Source of the DNA: a virus
Taxonomy: Duplodnaviria; Heunggongvirae; Uroviricota; Caudoviricetes
Virus record (IMG/VR): IMGVR_UViG_2645727593_000019
Strand: one strand, 5' to 3'
Length of the DNA: 36,464 nucleotides
Part shown: in pieces, positions 7,003 through 16,109 of the stretch
How positions within the stretch are numbered: position 1 is the first letter of the stretch
How the letters are laid out: each line of letters opens with the position of its first letter
Notes under the pieces: generated by a model
What the model was told of the DNA's origin: nothing
The model's input: the letters and a program-made list of their open reading frames with translations, nothing else
The model's database searches: none
Translations under genes and position numbers: made by a program

Positions 7003-9825
7003 ATGACGGCAGAGTACATCAGGGACTGGCAACAACCGCGCCACGCAGTGGGGCGTGAAGGAACGGGGATCCCCGCTCCTGAATCCGCGCTTTCCTCCTG
7101 GCTGGATGCCTACCAGGCAGAGAACGAGCGCCGACAGGAAAAGGCTGATGCGGCGTTCTCCGCCACGCCGCTGGGCAACCTGATTAATAAAAGCCTGGAC
7201 GCACAGGAAAAACAGGACAAAACCATCACGCTGGCAGGAGACGCCAGAAGACAGGCACGCGGCGCGGTGGATGAAGCCATGGCCTCGCTGCGCCTGCTGC
7301 CGTCCTATCTGCGCGATCCGCTTATTCGCCACCTCTCCTTCCTGCGCAAAAAACAGGAAGTCGATCGCCGGAAAGGCAAAAAGAGCTGGCAGGCAGAACG
7401 CTATGCACGCGGAACCCTGCGCAAAATATTCGAACGTCTGGATCGCACTGACGGACACTGGCTGACACCGGGTTATCGCTCCCTTGCCGGACGCGAACGC
7501 CTGGACGATTTGCTTTACCTGCCGCAGCTCAACAAACACCAGATACAGACGCTGGCCACCATGACGGCGGCGATGTTCAGCAGCACCTTCGAAAAACTCT
7601 GCGATGGCTTTGGTGCGACTGATGGCGAGCTGACCATGGATGTAACGCTGAAGGCGTATCAGATGCTGGCCCGCATGGCGTTACACCTGCACGCCATGCC
7701 TCCGCATTATGACGCACTGACAACAGACAAAGGCCGGAGGAACGAACCAGACACGGAGCTGCTGCCGGGCGCAATCCTTCGCCTGACCTGTGCGGAATGG
7801 TGGAAACGCAAACTGTGGCTGTTACGTTGCGAGTGGAGAGAAGAACAACTCCGCGCCGCCTGTCTGGTTTCCAGAAAAACATCGCCCTATCTGAGCCAGG
7901 ATGCGTTAAGCGAGTTTCGCGCACAGCGCGAGAAAACACGCGATTTCCTGAAAAGTTTCATGCTGGAAAACGAAGACGGGTTCACGATTGATCTTGAGAC
8001 AGTGTATTACGCGGGAGTAAGTAACCCGGTTCACCGTAAGGCAGAAATGATGGCCACCATGAAGGGGCTGGAACTTCTGGCCGAAGCCCGTGGCGACAGA
8101 GCGGTGTTTCTGACTGTCACCTGCCCGTCAAAATACCACGCAACAACGGAGAACGGTCATCCGAATCCCAAATGGAACGGGGCCACTATGCGCGACTCCA
8201 GCGATTACCTGGTTAACTCGTTTTTTGCGGCGGTCCGCAAGAAACTGAACCGCGACGGCCTGCGCTGGTATGGCATCCGCACGGTGGAGCCTCACCATGA
8301 CGGCACCGTGCACTGGCATATGATGGTCTTTGCTCATCCGGAAGAAATCGACACCATTGTGTCCCACACCCGCGATATTGCCATTCAGGAAGATCGTCAC
8401 GAGCTGGGTGATGATATTACCCCACGCTTTAAGGCAGAGTACGTCGACGGCTCAAAAGGCACACCGACCAGCTACATCGCCACCTACATCGGAAAGAACC
8501 TGGACAGCCGCGCCGTGGATGGTATCGACCCGAAAACGGGCAAGCCACGCGTTGACCACGAAACCGGAAAATCAATGGCCGAGAGCGTGGAGCGCGCCAT
8601 CGGCTGGGCGCGCCTTCACCGGGTCCGCCAGTTCCAGTTCTTTGGCATCCCCTCCCGTCAGGTGTGGCGTGAACTGCGCCGCCTTGCCAGCCAGATGGCA
8701 CGCAACCCGGAAGGCCCGCAACGGCTGAAGGATGACGCAATGGATGCAGTGCTCGCTGCCGCTGATGCCGGGTGTTTTGCCTCCTACATTGAAAAACAGG
8801 GCGGCGTACTTGTTCCACGCAAAGACTACCTGATTCGCACCGCCTACGACCTCGCAGATGAGCTGAACGATTACGGCGAACAGAGCGTACAGATTTACGG
8901 GATCTGGTCACCACTCATCGGGGAGTCTTCCCGTGTGTGCACACATCCGGATAACTGGAAGCTGGTAAGACGTAAACCGGAAGCGGAAGACAGCGCCCGC
9001 GAAAATGGTTTTGACCTTCAGGGCGGCCCTGCCGCCCCTTGGACTCGTGGCAATAACTGTCCCCGTGTACAGGAAACAGGCAACAACGGGACAGAACAGC
9101 CGGAAGAACGGCCAGCACCGTGGCCGCAGCTTCCTGACGGCGTTGAAGTAAATGAATGGATGCGCTCACTGAAACGGCACGAACGCCGGGCGCTGATGCG
9201 TTCGCTTCGTGACAAACAGGCAAAAAACAGCAGCGATGAAATGCAGAACTGGACACAGAGCCGCAAACAGCAGCGGCCTTTGCCTGATAACCACGAGTTA
9301 CTCGCTAAAGAATGGCGGGAGTCTGCTGAATCTCTCGGCCTGCATATCGGTGAACAACAGATGCAGCACCTGTTACGGGGCGGCAGTCTGTACGTTGACG
9401 GCAGCATCATTGCACCGCAGGGATTTGAAATTGTACGCAAACCGGATACCCGCCCGGACAGCCGAATCACGCAGCTCTGGCAGCGTCTGAGCCGTAATCA
9501 TGGCGTAAGCAGCACGGAGATCCGCCATAACCCGGTCGCCAGCTATCTGGCACAGCTGGGGGCATCAGACCCTGAAGCCGCCGCACGCCTGGCATCCACA
9601 CTTCAGCAGGACCAGAACACCATGAAAACACCCGTTACCGTGCTTTCTGACATGCTGCGCGCCATCCGCGACGCAGAGCACGCACAGAGAATCAGTGAAA
9701 CCACTGAACGCGCCAGCCGCAAAGCAGACCTGCTGCGGGGTGGCCTGACCAGTGGAAACAAAAAACAGACAGAAACGGGACTCACGAATCCCGTAAATGA
9801 GCAAAAAACGCGCAGCGATATATGA
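7003..9825 (+). CDS. A: rolling-circle replication initiator, P2 A family (HUH endonuclease)
   Basis: HUH motif VHWHMMVFAH (about 8305-8335) and catalytic YxxxY pair SYIATYIGKN (about 8466-8498); position after the early operon; 940 aa with a long C-terminal extension. Confidence 0.9.
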   Translation: MTAEYIRDWQQPRHAVGREGTGIPAPESALSSWLDAYQAENERRQEKADAAFSATPLGNLINKSLDAQEKQDKTITLAGDARRQARGAVDEAMASLRLLPSYLRDPLIRHLSFLRKKQEVDRRKGKKSWQAERYARGTLRKIFERLDRTDGHWLTPGYRSLAGRERLDDLLYLPQLNKHQIQTLATMTAAMFSSTFEKLCDGFGATDGELTMDVTLKAYQMLARMALHLHAMPPHYDALTTDKGRRNEPDTELLPGAILRLTCAEWWKRKLWLLRCEWREEQLRAACLVSRKTSPYLSQDALSEFRAQREKTRDFLKSFMLENEDGFTIDLETVYYAGVSNPVHRKAEMMATMKGLELLAEARGDRAVFLTVTCPSKYHATTENGHPNPKWNGATMRDSSDYLVNSFFAAVRKKLNRDGLRWYGIRTVEPHHDGTVHWHMMVFAHPEEIDTIVSHTRDIAIQEDRHELGDDITPRFKAEYVDGSKGTPTSYIATYIGKNLDSRAVDGIDPKTGKPRVDHETGKSMAESVERAIGWARLHRVRQFQFFGIPSRQVWRELRRLASQMARNPEGPQRLKDDAMDAVLAAADAGCFASYIEKQGGVLVPRKDYLIRTAYDLADELNDYGEQSVQIYGIWSPLIGESSRVCTHPDNWKLVRRKPEAEDSARENGFDLQGGPAAPWTRGNNCPRVQETGNNGTEQPEERPAPWPQLPDGVEVNEWMRSLKRHERRALMRSLRDKQAKNSSDEMQNWTQSRKQQRPLPDNHELLAKEWRESAESLGLHIGEQQMQHLLRGGSLYVDGSIIAPQGFEIVRKPDTRPDSRITQLWQRLSRNHGVSSTEIRHNPVASYLAQLGASDPEAAARLASTLQQDQNTMKTPVTVLSDMLRAIRDAEHAQRISETTERASRKADLLRGGLTSGNKKQTETGLTNPVNEQKTRSDI

Positions 9826-9870
9826 GGCGCGCACAAAACAGGCAAAAACGGGATTTCAGAATCCCGTAAA
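9772..9870 (+). repeat. two copies of the palindrome ACGGGA-N8-TCCCGTAAA (candidate centromere/operator)
   Basis: Copy 1 at 9772-9797 (inside the 3' end of A); copy 2 at 9846-9870 (intergenic, upstream of parM); centres 73 bp apart. Confidence 0.5.
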
Positions 9871-9901
9871 CGATTAATTAATCAACATAAGGAAAACCGA
9901 C

Positions 9902-10861
9902 ATGAAAATTTACATCGACGACGGCTCCACCAACATCAAGCTGGCATGGACTGAGAACGGCGAACGCCGCAACGCCATCAGCCCGAACAGCTTCAAGTCG
10001 GAATGGTCTGCGCCGTTCGGTGGCTCGCAGCCTGCTAACTACATGCTTGATGGCGTGCGCTATGGTTTTGATCCGGTCAGCGATCGCTTTGTCCAGACGA
10101 CCGACACGCAATACCAGTACAGCGATGTGAATGTCATTGCCATTCATCACGCGCTGGTCAAATCAGACATCACGCCACAGGAAGTGGATGTGGTTGTTAC
10201 CCTGCCACTGAGCGAATATTTCGACACAAACGCACAGCCGGACATGGCCAACATCAACCGCAAAAAAGCGAACGTCATGCGCCCGGTGGAGTACCAGAAC
10301 GGCGAAGCATTCACTATCCGTAACGTACGGGTTATGCCTGAATCCATTCCGGCTGGCTTTAAAGCACTGGCTGACATGAGTCCGTTTGAATCCCTGCTGA
10401 TTGTGGATTTGGGCGGAACCACGCTGGATGTGGCAAAGGTTCAGGGGCAACTGGCAGGTATCAGCCAGGTGTTTTGCGATCCACACGTAGGCGTTTCTCT
10501 TATGGCCGATGCCGTACTGTCGGTGATGGCCACTAACGGTATGCGCACCAGTCACCACATCGCCAATACCATTATCGAACATCGCCATAATGAAGCCTGG
10601 CTGCGCCAGCACATCCACAATGACGCGCATTACGCCAGCCTGATGGCGGTTATTCGTGAAAAGGAAGAAACACTGAAACAACGCGTGATCCGCGCGCTGG
10701 CGGTTTTTTCGGGTTACGGGCGGGTGATGGTTGTCGGTGGCGGGGCGGAGATTGTGGCACCCGCTATCCGCGAAGCCTGCGGAGTTAATGCGACTTTCAT
10801 CGCGGACGGGGTGCCACAGTTTGCTCTGGTTAATGGGCTGTACGCAATGGACAAGGAGTAA
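9902..10861 (+). CDS. parM: actin-like ATPase, ParM/StbA family
   Basis: N-terminus MKIYIDDGSTNIKLAW and motifs DLGGTTLD, VMPESIPAG, VVGGGAE match plasmid R1 ParM as I recall it. Confidence 0.85.
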   Translation: MKIYIDDGSTNIKLAWTENGERRNAISPNSFKSEWSAPFGGSQPANYMLDGVRYGFDPVSDRFVQTTDTQYQYSDVNVIAIHHALVKSDITPQEVDVVVTLPLSEYFDTNAQPDMANINRKKANVMRPVEYQNGEAFTIRNVRVMPESIPAGFKALADMSPFESLLIVDLGGTTLDVAKVQGQLAGISQVFCDPHVGVSLMADAVLSVMATNGMRTSHHIANTIIEHRHNEAWLRQHIHNDAHYASLMAVIREKEETLKQRVIRALAVFSGYGRVMVVGGGAEIVAPAIREACGVNATFIADGVPQFALVNGLYAMDKE

Positions 10862-10865
10862 ACCA

Positions 10866-11177
10866 ATGACGACACCAACCAGACGGATAAGTTTCTATCT
10901 GAAGCCCGCCGCCGTCAAGAACGAAGGAGAAGCATGCGCCTGGCTGGACAGCCTTACACCAGAAGCCCGCAAAAGCGGCCAACGCGTGGCTTTTCTGGCC
11001 GGGCTGGCACTTCTGAAGACGAATCCGGCAGAGGCTTACCGACTGGCCGCATGGGCTGATGATGAGATGTTACCTGTGACACAAATCAGCTCAAAAAAGT
11101 TTGAAGCACAGTCTGCACCAGTGGCTAAGATAACCAGCCAGATGGCTGGGAATATCCGGGCGTTATTTCCTGAGTAA
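10866..11177 (+). CDS. parR: ParR/StbB-like DNA-binding adaptor
   Basis: Track ORF 10731..11177 trimmed to ATG 10866; N-terminus RRISFYLKPA...LDSLTPEARKSGQRVAFLAGLAL parallels R1 ParR; starts 5 nt after parM. Confidence 0.6.
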   Translation: MTTPTRRISFYLKPAAVKNEGEACAWLDSLTPEARKSGQRVAFLAGLALLKTNPAEAYRLAAWADDEMLPVTQISSKKFEAQSAPVAKITSQMAGNIRALFPE

Positions 11178-11245
11178 AAGCATCTGCGCGAAAAATGCTC
11201 ACGTTTATAGAGACAGTATCATTCCATTTGGCACACTTACTTCAA

Positions 11246-11290
11246 TAATCGATCTGTTAAACAAATAGATTGTCTATTATCTATCGATTA
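11246..11290 (+). promoter_or_regulatory. nested palindrome upstream of a promoter (candidate operator)
   Basis: TAATCGAT...ATCGATTA outer inverted repeat with inner AATAGA-TTG-TCTATT; AT-rich. Confidence 0.35.
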
Positions 11291-11304
11291 AAACGATCAA
11301 TTAT

Positions 11305-11333
11305 CTTGACAGTAATGTGCCTTTTTGTAAGAT
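11305..11333 (+). promoter_or_regulatory. candidate sigma70 promoter, rightward
   Basis: TTGACA, 16-nt spacer, TAAGAT. Confidence 0.4.
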
Positions 11334-11382
11334 CGTTCGCATTGTGAGCGACAAGATAATTGCGCGGCATTGTCCATGCAAA

Positions 11383-11526
11383 ACGCCCCAATAGCAGCAA
11401 CTATTGGGGCGTAAAACTCGGTCGGACTCACTTAACCTGATATGCGTGCCTTCCGAAGTAAATCAAAATGTGCGTCGTATATTTTATTGCTTACACGCAC
11501 CTCTGTAAAGGCACGCATATTTTTCC
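11383..11526 (+). ncRNA. structured leader or small RNA upstream of the 11542 gene
   Basis: 12-bp perfect hairpin at 11383-11412; 12-bp inverted repeat ATATGCGTGCCT/AGGCACGCATAT (11440-11451/11509-11520) enclosing an inner GTGCGT/ACGCAC pair and followed by TTTT; ends 16 nt before the start codon. Confidence 0.35.
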
Positions 11527-11541
11527 TATGAGGTAAATAAA

Positions 11542-11811
11542 GTGCGGGCTAAAACAGGTATTTGCAAGAACCCTCATCGTTATAATCCAACATTTCTGTC
11601 TCTCCCTGAATATCAAGGACAAGAAGGTCGGCACAAATGCGCTGCCTGTGCTTTTGAGCTAGGCATAAAAGATGCGCTTGAAGGACGCGCTATGGCTCAG
11701 AATGATTTAGTTTTAGCTAACATTCCGTTTAGCCAGGCTGGAACTGTAAGGCACAGAGATGCCTATGAAGCATATGTTCGTGGTTGGCGATTAATAAACA
11801 GCAACAATTGA
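11542..11811 (+). CDS. hypothetical 89-aa protein with Cys/His cluster
   Basis: GTG start with SD GAGGT 7 nt upstream; CKNPH...HKCAACAF suggests possible metal binding; followed by a strong terminator. Confidence 0.5.
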   Translation: MRAKTGICKNPHRYNPTFLSLPEYQGQEGRHKCAACAFELGIKDALEGRAMAQNDLVLANIPFSQAGTVRHRDAYEAYVRGWRLINSNN

Positions 11812-11819
11812 TACTTTTG

Positions 11820-11843
11820 AAGCGCCGATAAGGCGCTTTTTTT
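11820..11843 (+). terminator. rho-independent terminator
   Basis: AAGCGCC-GATA-AGGCGC stem-loop followed by T7. Confidence 0.8.
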
Positions 11844-11845
11844 GT

Positions 11846-12297
11846 TTGCACGATAGTGCACAAGTTTGCACAATTTTTTTGAACGACTTTTTGTACTTCC
11901 GGCCCGCGTGGTGGCTGGATCCGTCAAGGATCCGTACGTGCACAAAAAAACGCGTTTTTTCTGCGCGCAGGTGACGGGGGAACAGCCCGCGTTTCAGGGG
12001 GTAAATAGCATCCCCTGAACGATGTCGCAGCGACACAACAGAATGGCTGTATTTCTCACGCTGAGCGTGAAAAAGACGTGAGGGCTTTTGATTTGATGGG
12101 GTGACAGATAAGGCCGTCAAAATCGCACTGAGGCGGCGAGAACATGCAGTCAACGCGGTGGGATTGCGTAAGAGCCTGACCGTCGATGATGGCGATAAGC
12201 TGGAAGACGTCGTGAAATTATCTGATTGATACAGGAGCTGGAGAGCCGGGGCATAAATTTTTTATGCCCCGACGAAGCAGCAGACAAGCGAAGCGCG
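11846..12297. other. cos/packaging region (exact cos position not determined)
   Basis: Lies between the accessory island and Q as in P2; phased TGCAC repeats at about 11846-11872; GGATCCGT direct repeat; A6-CGCG-T6 palindrome at about 11944-11961; G-rich candidates near 11975-11995 and 12130-12150 loosely resemble the P2/186 cohesive end. Confidence 0.4.
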
Positions 12298-13344
12298 TCA
12301 GGATGTGGGCTGGGTGTCTAACAGTGCGTAAGGGTTAAAGCGGATCACCTCTTCGCCAAGCCAGTCATTGATGTGCTTCATAGCCTCCATAACGGGCATC
12401 AGCTCGTTAATTGCATAAACCCGCGCGGCCTTCTCCACATCACCAAACGCACTTTTTTCGCCCGGCATCGCCCCCATCAGTTGCGGCGGAACGCGGTGCG
12501 CAGCCAGTACATCATCACGGGATGCCGCCTTAACATTCATGAACTCATCCTTTGCGGTGATCTGCTGGAACGGCAAAATTTGCACCCCCTCTTTGCCCCC
12601 GTTGGGCGCATGAATGAGCACATTTTTAAATGCACCACCACCACGCGCACCCTGTAACGTTTCTTTCAGGGAGTCCATGCTTTCGCGGTTTACCTGCGCT
12701 GCACCGATGTAGATGATGCACCCGGCGTGGGATCCGTTGTCGTAGTACAGTTTTCTGAACATGTCCGCCGAATGAGAAAGGCTGGCCGAGAGTAATGCGC
12801 CAAGATATTCCGGCATGCCGTAGATTTCCTGGTTAATATCCGGATTCATCAGGTGGCATACTTTGCCAGGGCGAAACTGAAACGCGTCCTTACCATCCTG
12901 CACATACCACCATGATTCAAGATCGCTTCCGCGTCGCATGTATTTCGCCAGGGCGTGCCGTAATTTAAGCGGTTCGCCGAGCATATTGCTTCGAAGCTCA
13001 AGGAATGCATTACCGAACACAAACCAGTCCAGCGCCAGCGCCGAGAAATCCTGCCGGGAAAGCAGCGGGTGCGGGATGTAGCAACCGAGTAATACATTGC
13101 GCTTAAAGTAAAGCGCAGACTGATGCCAGGACGTTTGCCGGGCTGCTCTTGCCAGACCGTACCAGTCCACCGGGGTTTCATACCACCGCCCGTTATCAGC
13201 ACAGTACGTATTGTCCAGCAGGTCATGCCCGGTCAGGCGATAAGGACCATCAAATGTGAATGCACTGAGCGATGATTCTTTCCTGAGCGCATCAGCGAGA
13301 TCAATGCGTGAACTCATGCGCACTTTTTTGTTTTTTCTGCTCAT
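12298..13344 (-). CDS. Q: portal protein
   Basis: Track ORF 12298..13425 trimmed to MSRKNKK; matches P2 Q (FTFDGP, HALAKYMRRG, DINQEIYG, RFNPY). Confidence 0.9.
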   Translation of the reverse strand: MSRKNKKVRMSSRIDLADALRKESSLSAFTFDGPYRLTGHDLLDNTYCADNGRWYETPVDWYGLARAARQTSWHQSALYFKRNVLLGCYIPHPLLSRQDFSALALDWFVFGNAFLELRSNMLGEPLKLRHALAKYMRRGSDLESWWYVQDGKDAFQFRPGKVCHLMNPDINQEIYGMPEYLGALLSASLSHSADMFRKLYYDNGSHAGCIIYIGAAQVNRESMDSLKETLQGARGGGAFKNVLIHAPNGGKEGVQILPFQQITAKDEFMNVKAASRDDVLAAHRVPPQLMGAMPGEKSAFGDVEKAARVYAINELMPVMEAMKHINDWLGEEVIRFNPYALLDTQPTS

Positions 13345-15095
13345 CAGAACTCCATAACCGTGAAACGCTCGTTTTCTCCTTCGCCGCCAATCGGTTCGTT
13401 CATGACAGCAAGCATGGTTGCCCACGCAAGGTCGCCGTGGCTGATCCCCCTCGCGCGGTCCGTTTCGTAAGTGATAAAGCCGCCCGGTGTTTTCACCTTA
13501 CGCACGGCGTTAAAGGCCGCGACCAGCTCGCGTTCGGCGCGATCGTATTCCCACCGCCCGGCACGCATTATTTGCAGCATTTTCAGTACCAGCGACCGTT
13601 TTGATGACAGCGTGAAGGTGTACGGAATAGCAGCAGGGAAAAACCGTTTCACTATCTGATAAACAGCCTCCCCGTTCCCGCCCGTCACATCAATGCCGAT
13701 GTGTTCCACGTTGTAGCGATACGTGAACTCTTCAATGACTCTGGCCTGTTCTTCAAACTCCAGCCCCTGAACGCGTCGCGTCTCCACCGTTCGAAAACGG
13801 CCACCAGGAACAGCCGGAGGAACCACCACGGACACAGCGCCGCTGTCGCCGTTGCCACTACTGCCGTTTGCGTCATACCCAATCCATACCGGACGATTCC
13901 CCATCGGGCGGGGAGCAAAAGGTTTCCAGTCTTTCCAGTCGTCGTATCCGTCAACACCGCAGCCAATCAGGATATTCAGGTTAAATGCCGATTCCCCTTC
14001 GCGGACAAACTCACACATATAGAGATTGAGGAACTCGTCTTCGGTGTTTTCATCACGAATTTCGTCGATATCAGTGTGTTTCCAGCCGTGATTAACCACA
14101 TCTTCCAGCGTGACAATTTGCCGCCACGTCCGGTCAGGGCAGATAAGCCCGTTATGCAGCGTTTTCCAGTCCACAGAAAAACGCTGGCGTTTATGCGAGG
14201 CCTTTTTCTCATTCCAGCGGTCGCCGTTCCAGTAGGCGTATGCCTCGTGCGTTTCGGTGGATGGCGTGGAGAAGTAGGTGCGCCGCAGTCCGCTGAGGGT
14301 TGCCATAGCGCCAGCCACCTTGCGCAGTTCAGCAAAGCGACTGACCCAGAAAAATTCATCAAAATAAAAATTGCCCGTATAGGACTGTGCCGACGCAGCA
14401 GAAGTGCCGAGAAAATGCAGCTCTGCGCCGTTGGAGAGGATGATTTTATCGCCCCCTTTCAGCTCCACATCAACTTCAGCCGCGGCCTTCTGAATAATGC
14501 TTTTAAACTGGAACGCCTGACGACGCGACGCAGACAAAAAAATCTGGTTACGCTGGTAAGGTTGCGCCACATCGTCACGCAGCGCCATCAGCAGTGCTTC
14601 CTGTGCAAAATACCAGGTCGCCCCAATCTGTCGGGATTTCAGGATCATCCTGTTACGTATCCCGGCTTCCCTGCAAAGGGTCAGGGAGTCAAACCAGCCC
14701 CGCTGATGCCACTCCAGCCTGCTGATGATTTTTTCCCGCAGTGCGGCAATCTGTTCCGGCGTGAAATGATTTTTGAGTTTTTTCGCCCGGCCTTTCTTTC
14801 CTGCGGCCGTCGCATCCGGCTGGCCATCATGCAGCTTTTTAAGCTGCCGGGTCAGCAGGTCTATTTCCTTAAAGTCACCGCCTGTTTTATTCTGTTTTTC
14901 AGTAAGCTGGATGAGGCGCGCATCGATGGACTGCGTGACACGCTGCACGGGTGGCGTTTCATCCCACTGGTCACGTTTTTTCCACGCATAAATCGTGTTC
15001 GGGTTTATTCCCATCAGACGTGATATTTCTGCGGGCGGATAACCCTGCCAGTAAAGTTGCCGCGCACGCTGGCGCACAAAAGCGTCCTGAATCAT
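13344..15095 (-). CDS. P: terminase large (ATPase) subunit
   Basis: Track ORF; P2 P-like N-terminus (RARQLYWQGY) and size; stop overlaps the Q start. Confidence 0.9.
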   Translation of the reverse strand: MIQDAFVRQRARQLYWQGYPPAEISRLMGINPNTIYAWKKRDQWDETPPVQRVTQSIDARLIQLTEKQNKTGGDFKEIDLLTRQLKKLHDGQPDATAAGKKGRAKKLKNHFTPEQIAALREKIISRLEWHQRGWFDSLTLCREAGIRNRMILKSRQIGATWYFAQEALLMALRDDVAQPYQRNQIFLSASRRQAFQFKSIIQKAAAEVDVELKGGDKIILSNGAELHFLGTSAASAQSYTGNFYFDEFFWVSRFAELRKVAGAMATLSGLRRTYFSTPSTETHEAYAYWNGDRWNEKKASHKRQRFSVDWKTLHNGLICPDRTWRQIVTLEDVVNHGWKHTDIDEIRDENTEDEFLNLYMCEFVREGESAFNLNILIGCGVDGYDDWKDWKPFAPRPMGNRPVWIGYDANGSSGNGDSGAVSVVVPPAVPGGRFRTVETRRVQGLEFEEQARVIEEFTYRYNVEHIGIDVTGGNGEAVYQIVKRFFPAAIPYTFTLSSKRSLVLKMLQIMRAGRWEYDRAERELVAAFNAVRKVKTPGGFITYETDRARGISHGDLAWATMLAVMNEPIGGEGENERFTVMEF

Positions 15096-15249
15096 TGCTC
15101 CCCCTGAGTAATTACAGGAAGATTACCCGCGCGCGAAACCGTTCTCCTTAACCCCCTGTTCTGGCCGTTTTCTTACAACAAAAGCCCTTTGTATCAGCCT
15201 GTTACGCTTTGCCATCATGACTGAAGAACCAGTCAGAGGGGCAAAAACT
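15096..15249. promoter_or_regulatory. divergent late promoter region between P and O
   Basis: Intergenic between divergent P and O as in P2; no clean TGT-N12-ACA Ogr site could be confirmed by eye. Confidence 0.4.
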
Positions 15250-16086
15250 ATGGCTAATGAAAAAAAGACATCCCGCAAAAAGTTTCGCGTGGCTGTCTCC
15301 GGATCAACTGTTGATGGCCGTGAAATCAGTCCGGTGCATCTGCGTGAAGCCGCCGAGAACTTCAACCCGGATGTTTACGCTGCCCGCGTGAACGTTGAGC
15401 ACTATCTCTCGCCATGCCCGTCAAGCGAATTTTCCGCAATGGGCGATGTCACCGCACTGAGTACGGAAGACATTACGGAAGGTCCGCTGGCCGGACGTAC
15501 TGCGCTGTATGCAGAAATCGAACCGACCGAGCGCATGAAGCAGCTTGTCGCGGACGGCAAGAAAATCTATTCCAGTATCGAACTGCACCCGCAGTTCTCC
15601 GTTAACGGGCGCGCCTATCTGGTCGGGCTGGCGATGACCGACACCCCGGCAAGCCTGGGCACTGAGCGCCTGAAATTCACGGCACAGCAACGTCAGGCGG
15701 TAATGACGTTCAACAGTGTCCAGGGTGAAGCGCCGCTTATCTCCGAAGCCATCGAGTCTGAAATCATCGAAATGGCAGAACAACGCCAGGAAGAAGGCAC
15801 CCAGTGGTTTAACCGCGTAATGGGGATTATTGGCCGTGGCCGCAAAGCGGATGACGCCAGTTTTTCCCGTATTCAGGAAGCGGTGGAAGGCGTCGCAACG
15901 TCACAGGCCGACATTATCGACCGTTTTAATGTGCTGGAAACCCGCCATCAGCAGGACCGCCAGAAAATCACGTCACTGACCACAGAGCTGACAGCACTGA
16001 AGGAAAAACTGCGCACGCAGGACGGCGATCCGCAGAACCGCTTCACCGCAACGGGCGCAGCCTCCGACCAGCTGGCTGACTTCTGA
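15250..16086 (+). CDS. O: capsid scaffolding protein
   Basis: Track ORF 15217..16086 trimmed to MANEKK with SD AGAGGGG; matches P2 O. Confidence 0.85.
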   Translation: MANEKKTSRKKFRVAVSGSTVDGREISPVHLREAAENFNPDVYAARVNVEHYLSPCPSSEFSAMGDVTALSTEDITEGPLAGRTALYAEIEPTERMKQLVADGKKIYSSIELHPQFSVNGRAYLVGLAMTDTPASLGTERLKFTAQQRQAVMTFNSVQGEAPLISEAIESEIIEMAEQRQEEGTQWFNRVMGIIGRGRKADDASFSRIQEAVEGVATSQADIIDRFNVLETRHQQDRQKITSLTTELTALKEKLRTQDGDPQNRFTATGAASDQLADF

Positions 16087-16109
16087 TAAGACAAAGGAGC
16101 AAATTTTTT

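Noticed and set aside
6478-7539. 353-aa minus-strand ORF
   Set aside because: Antisense to the replication gene A and the 6631 gene, with Cys/Arg-rich low-complexity translation typical of a spurious ORF in GC-rich DNA.
13701-15023. 440-aa plus-strand ORF
   Set aside because: Antisense to terminase gene P; no start context; composition typical of a shadow ORF.
15096-15249. Ogr-type TGT-N12-ACA late promoter motif
   Set aside because: Only imperfect candidates with the wrong spacing were seen (TGT at 15157-15159 and ACA at 15175-15177, spacer 15), so no specific site is reported.
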